Positions 1-13,100 of a stretch of DNA of 64,000 nt are shown here, piece by piece. The position numbers were made by a program, and so were the translations under genes. The notes below the pieces were generated by a model. It did no database searches, was not told the DNA's origin, and saw nothing but the letters and a program-made list of their open reading frames with translations. The stretch is from Antedon mediterranea. Taxonomy: Eukaryota > Animalia > Echinodermata. The stretch spans positions 29,633,648 to 29,697,647 of the forward strand of contig NC_092673.1 in assembly GCF_964355755.1 (NCBI RefSeq). Direction: 5' to 3'. Within the stretch, counting starts at the first letter, position 1, and every line of letters begins with the position of its first letter.

Positions 1-2200
1 TTTTTTGGTTAGTTTCTAAGTGTATATATTTCTATGGTTTCTATTAAATCATACCATTAACAACATATTTAAATTTTATTATTAAAAATATTTGTATTAG
101 TATTTGGTTTATGAACACAAGTTGATTAGCCATTTTGTAGTCAGACATTTTGTTTCATTGAACCTTGCTAATGAGTCTTATATGCACATCGATGGTGATA
201 GATAATTTTTGCTGCTAGTTAGGGTGATACTTTGTCACCTTCTTCGCACACGCCATCAGACAATGACACTGAACGGTAAGCCTATGCACTGACTGTCTTG
301 CGCTAGTATACGCACACCCTAATGCCTTCTGAAATGCTTACAGAATGCTTTCAGTGTCTGACCCTAAGCTGCGTGAACCGAGTTATAACGCCTTCAAAAT
401 GTATGCTTACTTTACACTAAGCTCTGTGAACCAAATTATAACGCCTTTTTAATGTTTCTTTTCTCAATTTCAAATGCATTAGATATGGAATATTACTGTT
501 TGTATGTTAATTTACTAAAAAATGTTTTAATTTTGTAAACCATATTTTCATCATTGTTCTTATTTTATTTGTTTATTTCATTTGTTTTGTTAATTAAACC
601 ATTTTCTGTGTTTTATTTAAATTAACCAAATTAATTAATATATCGTCTACAAATTAACATTCCTTACACATTAATTCATTTCCATATTCTTTTGTTTAAT
701 TTATTTATAAATGATTACTGTATTTCTTTCCCACACAATTGACAGTTGATAAGTCGTTTGCGTATCTCCGTTTGATAATCTACCACGAGTTTCAATAGGC
801 TACTCTGTTTCAATTGTGGTCATAATCATTTGTTTTGAAGTCCTATTCATACGAAATACTACATTTATTTATATAGCTATATTAATGCTTACCTTACGCC
901 TACAACTACCTCCAATTATTTCCTTAATACCCTGTTTATTCAGAGATAACAGTTGTAATAGAGTTATAGAACAGTTTACATGTTTGTACCAATAGCGAAA
1001 TACATCATAGAATAGAAACTACACATTCTCTGTAAATTATGCTAAAAACATATTGACATTTGAAAGATAATAAAACAATTAGTTGTAAGAAAAGGTGGGT
1101 GGAAACGACACAATGTTGTTGGTAATTGTGAAGTACAATTAGTTGTTGGTCCTCTCATTTTACAGTAATAGATACATTTTTTTCTAATGATGTAAAATCA
1201 TCTTATTTCACATAAAAAGACATAAGATTGTAAACAAACATGCATCCCAGGTCACGGCTTGGAGAAACAAGCATATGCAGGGCAAAACAAGACATTAAGT
1301 ACAAATCACTTAAAATAAGAGGCTAAAAATAGTAGAAAACACATCCAAAAGGCATAAAAATAAGATAAATAACAAGAGAAATAAGATTGTAATATTAAAT
1401 TGTTTAAAAAAATCATTGTTGGTACTGATTTGTTGTGCAGAAGTCGCATTATATAATATTTAAGACATTTCTGATTAAGAAATTCATGTGAGTTTTCGCG
1501 TTGTCAACTAAGTCCTTTTGCTAAGTGTTCCATCTTACGATATTCCCAACCCTATTACACTTGCGTTTGCAAAGTAACAAAATATTGATTTTAGAAGCAT
1601 GAAAGCGTTACATGAATCATGAATATTCATATATGCTAATTAGACATGTTCTACTCACCTTAAAATTGAATGGTTAAAATTAATGACTGCGCCAAATTGA
1701 AATCATAAAGCAATAATGATGAGAAGTAACTCAGATTAGAGTTAGGTCTGGTTCTGGATCCCTTGATGGAGAATGAAGAACAGCGAGAAATACATTTGTA
1801 CTGAACTTGCTTTGTAAATATTACAAATTATTTGTAATTAACAGCGTTATCATATAAAACTAGTCATTATTATTTGATGGATTGTCACATAGGGATTGTG
1901 ATGTTATCGCATCAGTCTTATACGTATAGAGCATGACGAGTAGCAATATAATAATCGCCCGAACAAGAACTCATAAATCATGGGTTAGAGACATTGACAT
2001 GCTGATAATGATTACATTCTCTTGCTTCTCTACCTTTAGCAATTTCATTCACATATTGCACAACATAATCAAATCTTATTGATAAACTTTAGATTATTAT
2101 TTTTCTGGATATTGTTAACTATCCCTTATTGGAGGGTGTTCCAATTAAATTCAAGTTATTCTGGATTTTACAAAACAAAAAATAACCCATACATTACACT

Positions 2201-2508
2201 CGCTAGACCAGGGGGACTCTAACAGCGAAACTCAATCGCTTTCGATGGGACGTTCCAGCCAGCACCCCAAACAAATAGGCCAATACCGATTCTCATATTC
2301 AAATCTTACTGATGGAAAAAATATAGATCTAAGTTAAAATACTATATAAATTTTTTAATTAATATAGTATTTTAACTTAGATCTATATTTTTTCCATCAG
2401 TAAGATTTGAATATGAGAATCGGTATTGGCCTATTTGTTTGGGATGCTGGCTGGAACGTCCCATCGAAAGCGATTGAGTTTCGCTGTTGGAGTCCCCCTG
2501 GTCTAGCG
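2201..2508. mobile_element. Near-perfect palindromic (foldback/MITE-like) element with 147-bp arms and a 14-nt spacer
   Basis: 2201-2347 is the reverse complement of 2362-2508 with two mismatches seen. Confidence 0.85.
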
Positions 2509-2543
2509 GTATACAAATAATAATAAATACTACAGTATATTTA

Positions 2544-2671
2544 AGCTATCAAAGTTAGATGTGCCCAAATATGGTAGTGATATAACCAAATATGGTAGTG
2601 GTATGACATCATCATTACCATATATGGGCACATTGTTTAGTCACATAAAGTTTGATAGTGTAGACATAGCT
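2544..2671. mobile_element. PIF/Harbinger-like MITE with an internally deleted left end and TTA target duplication
   Basis: TTA-AGCT...GATAGTGTAGACATAGCT-TTA. The internal CCAAATATGGTAGTG doublet is shared with the copy at 58961. Confidence 0.7.
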
Positions 2672-4854
2672 TTAGTGAAGCTTTTTCCCAGCAAATAGTT
2701 CAATTCAGTATTAATTTTGAATTATGATAAAAAAAAAACATTTTTCTACATAAACCATTGACCCTCGGTTATATATTTTGGTATTTTTTACAAACTTCAA
2801 TGACAATCATACGTTTATTAATTGTCAAATTATAAAGAGTTTCACATAAAACATATTACATACAGAAAAGTAATTATATTTAAAAGCTTTAAATAAAGGA
2901 AACTAGACATTTATTAGGTTTTAATAGAAATAATCATAAAAGAAAACTATAATGAACTATACTTGTGGCTTCGCTCATCATGTTGCTAGTAGCTAGCCGT
3001 CTACAATCGTCGATATCATTTAGAGTTATTATAACGGTCCTCAGAGAGCTCTTTTTTCGCATCAAGGAGATAAGCGCTGAAGCTCTTACTACTAGAAAGC
3101 TGAGGGAGACTGTTCTCATGGGATGGTGTTGAGAAAAGTGCAATCATTGGCCTAATCTATCAAATCAATGGTAACATTTTAAACAGATAATCATCTATAT
3201 TGTTGTGCTAAGTAATCAAAGTTGTAGTGTATGAAAGCAGTATTAATAGAATCTAGATTACTAAGGAAATTATCAGGTAATTTGTATATTAACGAGAAAC
3301 TGTGGAATGCCAGATTTAATCATTTATTTTGAAGGATTAAAAACTTGTAAAACCCATCGATGTGTAGATTTTTTTTTACTATTTTGTGACCCAAGTACAG
3401 ATTCACATATATGTACAGACATTCAATACTTTATTTTTTCTTGTTTCTTTTATCATAATTATACAGTATTCGATTTTATTTAAAGACAAAAAACGAAACT
3501 CTAGAACCACATAAATTCTAAATTATGAATATGAGAATATTTGTTTGTAAAAAACTTTAACTAAACTTACACTGAATATGGTCTTTTACTTTTAATAAAT
3601 GCTATAAATATAAATATATTAACTTAATAATATGTCATAATAATTTGTATTCTGCTAAAAAATTAAATTTTTAATTAATTTTAAAAGTGTAAAGAGTAGG
3701 GGTTCCAAAGAGAAGATGTATTAAAAAAAATGTATAGGTTGACTTGGATTTATATTTAATTAGGCTGCATCTTTAGAGTCTAATTATATAAAACAAAAAA
3801 ATATTAATTATATTCTTCTGTGTTTTTCAATATTAAAGATTGGATTACACACATTATATCAAAGTCTTCTACATTACACATTTTGTCATGATAGAAAATT
3901 TAATATCCTTTATATATCACTATGAATATTTCACATCAACATTTTATATATGAAATTTGAGCGGCATATCAATAATTAGGTTAATTATTCAAACACTAGC
4001 ACGTGCAATTGCGGTTTTTTTTTTATTGAACATAAATTTGTAAGAACACTCTAAAATCACCAAAACAAAAAGAAATTGAATTTTTTTAAAAAGGTTGTAC
4101 ACAGTATAAGTACAAAATAGAGTAAGAAAAAAATAGATATGATTTGATTTGAATTTATTTGGAAGTACACAAATATACATTACAATTGGTAAACAAGAAC
4201 AATTAAAACATACGGTAGTCTTCCATGGATAACCCAAAAAAGCCGGTAAATATCATTCCAGCTTATTTCCATTGGGGTCCATTATATACATACATACAAA
4301 CAATAAAATATTAAACCAGTAAAACAATAAAACATAACATATAAAAGCATACTGTATAAAATTGATTATTAATATAATATTTCATGTCAATCTTTAAAAT
4401 CTTACAGTAAGTTAAAATTGTAATATTGTTAATATTGTTACTGTACTGTACTATAGTACAAAAAAGAATAGAATTAATTTAACCTTTTTACACTGAAACC
4501 ACGACAAATAAAAACAAAAATCACTTTAAATCTGGCATTACTCATTGTTTACTTTGAAAATAATAATGCTATTTACACATATTTTAACATTATGAAATAA
4601 TTGAACAATTATTGGTATGGGGCTCAAAACTATAGATTTAAAACATCTATAGGTGCGCATGATGTTTTGTATACAAATTCTAGTATCGGTATTTGGCTTG
4701 GGTTTACAAACAACTTAATGAACTGGTCGTAGTCATACGTGGTGTTACTCTTACATGTAGTAACTTTCACACATTACATGCATAATTTACCACCTTCCTT
4801 TCGCACGCATTAATTATTCAACATCCAGCCGGAGTGTTTAATGGAGGTATCTTA

Positions 4855-5165
4855 TCATTTTTATTCATCTTATTACTTCATCAACACAAATAGGTTTTTC
4901 TTATAAGATAAAATCATCATTTTTAGTCTAAAAAAGGATTTTTATTGGTGTAAAATTTGACTTTTAGTTTTTTTAGAAAGTTTGTTTTCATGATTTTCAA
5001 TTTGATTTAGTTTCTTTCATTTTTATTCATCTTATACTTCATCAAAAGAAATAGTGTTTCTTATAAGATGAAATCATCATTTTTATTCATTTAAAATTTG
5101 ATTATTATATATTAAAATATTTTTTGGAAAGTTTAGTTTGCAGGATTTTCACTTTCATTTATTTT
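4855..5165. repeat. Diverged two-copy tandem duplication, period about 160 bp
   Basis: TCATTTTTATTCATCTTAT...CTTATAAGAT.AAATCATCATTTTTA occurs at 4855 and 5017. Confidence 0.7.
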
Positions 5166-8100
5166 GTTTCAATTTAATAATTTAAAAAAAAATTGAGTTT
5201 GTAAAATTTCAAAAAAATTTATTGAAAAAAGGCTAATCTCTACTAAAGCAATATTTTGTGTCGGGCAAGCCTGAAGAAATATGATAACATAAACAAAAAC
5301 AATCAAAAAACAATTCAAATTCAGATTTATAGTAGGAAAGAGTATATGAGATTATTTTATTTATATATCAAATTATGGGAAAAAAGAAAAACAGTATTTA
5401 ATTTAATTTATTAGTTAATTTATCACAAGTAATGTAAACAAAATATTAAAATGTTTAGAAATTCATTATTATTCATAAATAGAATGATAAATTAGTTGAT
5501 AAAATTAATGATAGAGGAAGTAACATAGTTTGATAACGCATGATGATACTGGGAATTGTTTTTGCATTCTCTAATGCGTTTTCTTTCTGCCATTATCATC
5601 GTTCTTGGTAAAGTAAGTTCTATACTGGTTTGTGCACGTAATACAAGATGCTTCGTCTATAATCCGCCACTTACTTTTTCATTAATGGCTTACTAATTAC
5701 ATACAAGATAAAATTATTTTAACCTGATTGATTTGCCACCATTCTGGTCTCCTCATTATGCTAATTAGCTCCGTAAAATGCTTATTTCATCTTGTGAGTT
5801 TATGGATTATGATTTTGGAAGACGATGACGACCGACATGAATCATATTTGCGTGTTTGTAATATGGTAATATACTTAATAATGATGATTAGAATAAAAGT
5901 AATGTAAACTAATTTAAAATTGTTTTTATTTGATAATAAATTTGATTAAATCTACTTGTTACATTATAATTTAATTTTTAAATTTGTTGAATTACCCCCT
6001 TGAATCATTCAAAATTAATGGTAATTGTCAATCTATCTAACATGACTCATTTTATTATATTAAAACATGTGTATTGAGCCACTTAACCAGCTGATAAATT
6101 CATTTGTACATAAACATTTTATATTTAACAGCACATCTGATACCACTTAAAAATACTGAGGCTTCATTCATCACTTAAGTCATTCTGAAATTGTATGATT
6201 TTTTTTAGACGGATATTTAAGAGGTTGTACTCTCTCTCGTGGGAGAGTAATTACTTTTGGACAATAAATTGTTTGTCTTGTATTCTTCTTTTGACCAAAC
6301 CCATTCCATTAGAAGACCAATTAGTTGTTATTAAACAACTGTTTGAGTTTCGCATCCATTGAGCATGTTTAAATTGTACCCAGAGGAACAATTTCTTGTA
6401 GAGATGAACAAACGGGAACAAGACTTCATGTGGGCAATTCCATAATCTAACCTTTCATTCAATTCCATAATGATGGCGATAAAACAATAACAGACATTTT
6501 GGCAAATGAATATCACTATAGTAACAAAAATGGATTTATAGAAATATGTTGGAGGAATTCTTGACTGAAATCAGTGATTTATATTTGTCCATGACCCAAC
6601 ATTTTTGTGGAAGAAGATGATTTTGTTTCAGAATTATTCCCAGATAATAAACAAACCAGCTATGACGTCTTGATGCATTGTGGAGAAAAGTTTCTTATAT
6701 TTGAGTTGGTGATTTGTGGTGAATTTTACCGCTTATTGTTAAGTTGTTGTCATTCTGGTGAATTGACAAATGTGTGATTTATTGAAACAGCTGCTGATAG
6801 TTCTTCACTTCTCAGTTCCCTATCTAGAAAGAACAGGCTTTATCATGCTATTAAAAGGTATATGAGAAAAATCTTCCCCAATTATATAAGTACAGTACAT
6901 GTTAAATTCTACCATTAATGGTTTATGCCCTTCATAAACTTATACTAGGGACATAAATAATTTTGATAGAAATTATAAAAAATATTTTCAAGGAATAATT
7001 TCCCCTTAATGTATCTATAGTACCAAAATGTATTTAAGCGCTCTCTTATTACTAGGACGTGTTTCCTATAGTGTTTCATATTATATTATTATGCCTATAA
7101 AATAATTGAATCAAATGGCTTAGTGCTGTACAGTTAGTATCACTCTAAGAAAAGATTTCATATTTAATGTTGGTTCTTGAATAATGAGTTTGTTAGAATT
7201 AGGTGGTCCTTTAGAGTTCAACAAAGAGAATGCGGTCCTAGTGGTCCTAATATACATATTCCAGATATATGTTGCTTGTGGTCCTTTAATGGAGTTTTTG
7301 ATACATACTATTTATTCAAATTGTTAGTCATAAATATATTTGAATAAACTGGCTGAGTCATTTCTGTCTGGAACTGTGGTTTTGTCTGCTACACCTAGTA
7401 TTTCCAATTTTTATTCACGATTGTTAAGGTTATCAAACACACACATGGACATTACAGCATCAGAGTTTCGGTTCTTAAATTTAGATTTAAATTTTTTACA
7501 AATTAGAAGAAATCCGCCAAATTGTTTATGAATAGAATTGGTAACGTTTTCCATAAGTCTAAATGGAAATGGTGATATTCAAGCACATGTGAACACACCG
7601 CCATCAACCTTTTCTAAACGTAAAAAACAACTAAGTACCATCTCTCCTTTGCATGGAGTCTCCGCTTCTCGCCACACTCTGTTACACATTTCATTTGACG
7701 CTAACTCAACAGCACGCTTGGTTTCTCACGTCTAAATTGCTTTCAGCTAAGCGTATCTTCTCACTCTGTTTCTCATACGAAGACATCGCTATAAAACCTA
7801 ATGTTTGTTGCAGACTATGATTTTTAGCTTGACCTGACCTGACATTTGACCTTTTATTTATCTATTTTTATATTCCTTCTGATAGTTTAGTTTGTTATGG
7901 ATTAAACAAATAAATTGCAAAATTTTTCATTCATATTAAAAATTTTATTTTTATCCAAATAGAATCGATACTATTACATTTTAATATGTTTATTATTATA
8001 TGAATATATTTCAAATTTAACGATAGACCATCGAATCTCTACAAATTTGTGTAAAACACTTTTAGTAAGGTACTGTACAGTACTTAATTTTCTAAATGTA

Positions 8101-8960
8101 TTAAATTTGGTGATAAACTATTAATTCGTAATTGATCAATTTGAACTCTGTGGCCTAAAAACAAACAAGACTTACGTTTATTGAGTTCAAGTATATTTAA
8201 CATTTCTTTCTTTCTGTTGTCTGTGTTTTATTTCTACAGGCAACTTCCTTTACACTTCTACTACAAATAAAAAACTGAAAAAAACACGCTTTTCTCTATT
8301 CTTCCTCAAATACTATAGTGTACACCGCATTTCATACAGTCTTTGCTGACATCGCTGTATGAATATGCTTTATTTATTTATTTTTGTCCATCAAAACTTG
8401 TGTGTATTAAAAGGATCTTTAGCAATTGTGGACATTAGGATCAAGTTCAGTCATAGCTTTCTGTAATTTGAATTCTATTTAACCTGATTGTGAAGAAGTG
8501 CAAATAAACAGTGTTTGATTTAGCCTGCATCACCAAGCACAGGGGAATGAACTCCAAAGCAAGATCTACCTTTACAAATGTATATATTCAGTCATTACAT
8601 AAACACCGCTAGGCCTGCAGGGTGCATGCTATCCATTGATGGTTGTCATAGAAATGCTATTAACAGTTATCTACTGCTAATGTTGAATAGAAGTTATTTT
8701 ATACCAAAAATTATTATTATTATTTTAGTTACGTAATTATTAATTGGTTTATGACCAAAAATGAAACTGATAAGGTTTATGTGAGGGAAACATCCACCTT
8801 GCAATAACCGCCATACTAGGTCAGAGCATTAGCATATATAGGAGAACCCTTCCTTCTCATCATAACCACTCAAAGACATCAGTCCCAATAAACCCAAGAT
8901 GCACCTGACATCACTTCCTACATGGTAGGCCAAATTTTCAATTATCTTGATGAATCTCAA

Positions 8961-9374
8961 ATGCTTCTGGAGAATCCCTGACATTACTTTCTAGCTAGTA
9001 TAACCACCTTGCCATCCATCATGTTGGTGAATCTATGCTTCTGGAGAATCCCTGACATCACTTCCTACCTAGTATAACCACCTTGCCATCATGTTGGTGA
9101 ATCTATGCTTCTGGAGAATCCCTGACATCATTTCCTACCTAGTATAACCACCTTGCCATCCATCATGTTGGTGAATCTATGCTTCTGGAGAATCCCTGAC
9201 ATCATTTCCTACCTAGTATAACCACCTTGCCATCATGTTGGTGAATCTATGCTTCTGGAGAATCCCTGACATCATTTCCTACCTAGTATAACCACCTTGC
9301 CATCATGTTGGTGAATCTATGCTTCTGGAGAATCCCTGACATCATTTCCTACCTAGTATAACCACCTTGCCATC
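8961..9374. repeat. Minisatellite with 70/74-bp unit, about 6 copies
   Basis: ATGCTTCTGGAGAATCCCTGAC starts at 8961, 9035, 9105, 9179, 9249 and 9319; units differ by a CATC indel. Confidence 0.95.
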
Positions 9375-10032
9375 TCTTCATTAAGGATTTAATCATCATT
9401 CTACACCACTTAGCAATCTCCTTTTGATTAGTATCCTCTTTCATTGTTTTCCTACTACTAATATTTTTCCCATATGTTATTATTATATGATTTATGGAAC
9501 TAAGAACAGTGTATTAATCTTTTTGTATTTAAAGAAGTTAAATAGATTAGTGACTTAATTTTAAGTGGCATTTCCTTCAAGAACACAACCAACCATTTTA
9601 ATCACTTTCCTTGAATTAGACTGTGTTACATAGATAAAGCTATTTGTTTCCTATAATCTTTACCTACAAAATAAAAAAAATAATAAGGCTCACTATATAG
9701 TAATTTTTTAGCTTTCATTAAACAGAAAATCATCGTCGTATGCATGCATTAAAACGGATTTTAACTAAAGTTTTAATTTTTTTTATTATAAGAAAATAAC
9801 CATAAAAACCAATAGGCCGATGCATATTAAATTAATATGTATTCCTTATGCTAAGTGGATTTTCTTGCAATTAACATCAGCTAAGCAGGCTGCACTCTGA
9901 TTGGTTCCTTGTCCGATTTAGTTATCCCTGTCATCGTTAGGACAACGTAATGAGTGGAGTACAGTAGTTCCTGCTACATTATTATTGTTTACTTGTAAGA
10001 TAGTATGTTTTTGTATACAAGTCTCCTATTTA

Positions 10033-10045
10033 ATATATATATATA

Positions 10046-10098
<53 letters not shown>

Positions 10099-10111
10099 AT
10101 ATATATATATA

Positions 10112-10148
<37 letters not shown>
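10033..10148. repeat. (TA)n microsatellite
   Basis: Visible directly, with a few interruptions. Confidence 0.97.
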
Positions 10149-10150
<2 letters not shown>

Positions 10151-13100
10151 TATATGCATATTGTAATGATAAAGATATAAAAAGAAAACCTTGCTAATAT
10201 TCATCGATGATTTAACACGATGAGTCAGACTAAGTGTGAACACTCACTTAATATTCAAATACCATATAACAAGTTGAAAGCTGAGACCAATTCCGCAACC
10301 CCCTATCTTGGCTGCCGTGAGCTGCAATGAACGGTAAGGGGCTTAGTTTGGATAACCCGTATTAGAAGGGTGAGATTTGCCAATAAGGAAATGGTTAACC
10401 CAAGACATGTTCCTGTTTGTAATATTGCCTTCAATCATTCTAATGGTGACTAGACAGAAAATCTATCCCCCGACTTTGTTCCACTTTCTAGCGAGCAGCG
10501 TAAGCTTGTGATTTAAACAAGAAGTATTAGATCATGCTATAAAATATAATTGTGTAATCGAAGATAGTTTATAACTACTTCTGTCAACCATTTTTTGTCA
10601 TTTATAATCATTGAAAATATTAATTGCATTTAAAATATGAATATATAATATACACTTGCCCTAAGAAGGGTTAGTTTTACCCGAAGGCTCTGTAATTTGT
10701 TTCTGGCGATTGTAGTTTATTCAGCTACTGATACCCACAGCATTTTCAATAATTTGTCTTTTGATTTATATATAAAAATTAAATATTGTATGTCAGTTTT
10801 TAATTCTTATTGAATTATTTTAAAGGAACAATCCAATTTGGTGTTTTTTGGGGTTTTTGTTTTGTATTTTATAGTAAACTCTGATTGTGTCGCAGCATTT
10901 AGGCCCTTGTATTGTCGTATTTTAGACCCATGTTCTTAATAAAATAAAACTGCACAGGTTATCTTCTTTAAAGATGGTAAATAAAAGTATATGGAAGGAT
11001 CTGTTTTGGATATTGTTTTATGATAGTGAGTTGACGGCAGTCATTGTTAGCTTACAAACATCTTTGGTGCATTCTTGGTGCTCAATGCAGTCTTCTCATT
11101 TTCAGTTTGCCTGGAGCACACCAAATGGATACCTACAATCCAATCATCTCTTCTTAACACATCCAAATCACTTCTCTTTCCTAATTTGCTATAAAATTCT
11201 TTCAATTTTATAGCCGACTCCGATAATATTGTATCGCAACGTTTAGGCCCTATGTTAGGTGTTGTGGCACCACATATTTTAGCTGGAAGCATTTGTTGAA
11301 TCTTCTCTTGCCTAAAGCAACCAGCAGGCCATATCAGATGGATGACAGTTAACTTATATGCATGTCACCGATACTTTAAGTATATAATACATGACGCGCA
11401 ATATGACTGCTGCAAAGCATAAAACAATGTAATTTTACGTTATCAATGTTCCTCTGTCATATGGTGCGAGCCTATTGGAGTTGACATACGTGTTAGAAGG
11501 TCACTTGCCTCGCTGTTAACCCAAATAAGATCCAGGCCAAAGTTCAACCACTCATAATGTATGCATGTGTATTTCAGTATTTTGTTGGCATTTTTATGAT
11601 ATTTTACAGTTTTTTACATTAATACATGTATAATGATATTATGGATGTTAGAAATAATGATTTTACTCTTGGCATATTGTTCCCATCTCATATTTTAAAC
11701 GCAATAAATCATAGTAAATATTTTGTTCTATTACAGAATCCACAAAATAACATTCATAAAAATAAAATGTGAATTTTAAGTCAAAATCTTTCATCGCAAT
11801 ACTTCATAAACCACATTAGTTAATACAGTTTGTGTGAAAAGAATAATGTTTGCTATTAATTGGCTACTAAGTAGCACTTGTCAGTGTTTTAATACAAATG
11901 ATAACAAAAGTTGACCATAAATTTGGTATTAGTCGCTGAAGGCAAGGTCTTCCCACTTTGATTGCTACAAGTTGTTATCTGCAAGGCGGTTCAGGACATA
12001 CAGCACACAAATTTGTAGTAGCACTTTAGGCTTACCTGACTAATTAATAAGCTTGTTATTACCTCACAGGTGTACTGTACCAAAAACAGATCTAAAATTT
12101 TTGGAAGGATTAGGGGGACAGGTAATTGGAATAAGAATACATATAAAGTTTACTTGCTTAATGTTTTAATACTACTGCAGACTCTTCATGTAAGAGGGGT
12201 CTAGTTATTAGTATTACTATCATTTATACACAATAAGGCAAATTTTCATGTACAGTACACATTGAAAGTTTAGCCACATATTTACTATTCAAAATATAGA
12301 AAATAAAGAAAAGGCGGTTTATTTTCAGCTTTGTGAATCTTCTATAACATAGGTAAACGCAAAGGTTAAATTTGTTCTATGAATTTGTACCTCAGGCAAT
12401 AAATTATTGGCATTGTTTCTCGAGGGAATTTGCGTAGGGTGCTGGTTTATCCCTGTAGGGGAGAAACCCAATCACTAGATTCACTCTTTATCAAATTGTT
12501 TAAATATAAAATCTAAATCAGAAAATTTTAAAGGAATTTGTTGATCATGGAAAAAAAGTTAGATAAACAATTATTTGATTATGATAAAGTTTTATTATTT
12601 ATAATTAGAAACAATTTTTTATCACACCTGCAAATTTGTTTGCAACATTTAAAGATTTGTTAAAGTTTATGTTTAAATTTGAATTAATTTAATTTCAAAA
12701 ACAACATTTCTGTATTTTGTTAAGTGGCATTTCTATACATAGATATTGTATTGTATACTACTGAAAATGGCAATCAATTCTGAGTGACTGACAAAGCATA
12801 TTATTTTATTTCATACCAAGTCATTTTTAAAAGGGAAAAAAAAAACTGAAAGAAATTTATCACTGTGCATCTGTAGTTTTTATGTATTACAATACTCTGA
12901 CGAATGTATACATAAAATTAACCTTAAAACTAGCAATTTACTCCCGCCGGGCCAGAAAGCTGTTGAAAAGTGAATTAAATCAGAAGATGAAATAGCTCCC
13001 TCTTGTCCATAAATGATGTAGTATACATCACCTGTTCAGACTCCCTCCCAAGGGTCTGGCAAGAAATGTACCCCATACAAATATTGCAAGTTCATAGGCA

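Noticed and set aside
219-281. TPSDNDTER followed by gtaagc, resembling the end of the missing COE exon (TPSDPVIIDR)
   Set aside because: No CCDKKSCGNRNE upstream, an in-frame TAG precedes it, and this exon is near-invariant in COEs; judged a coincidence.
7560-7800. Purine-rich antisense stretch that looks coding
   Set aside because: Only short frames broken by stops and no recognisable protein; could be a regulatory island.
8961-9374. Regular repeats as a possible CRISPR array (also considered for 54180-58270)
   Set aside because: No unique spacers, no cas genes, and a eukaryotic context.
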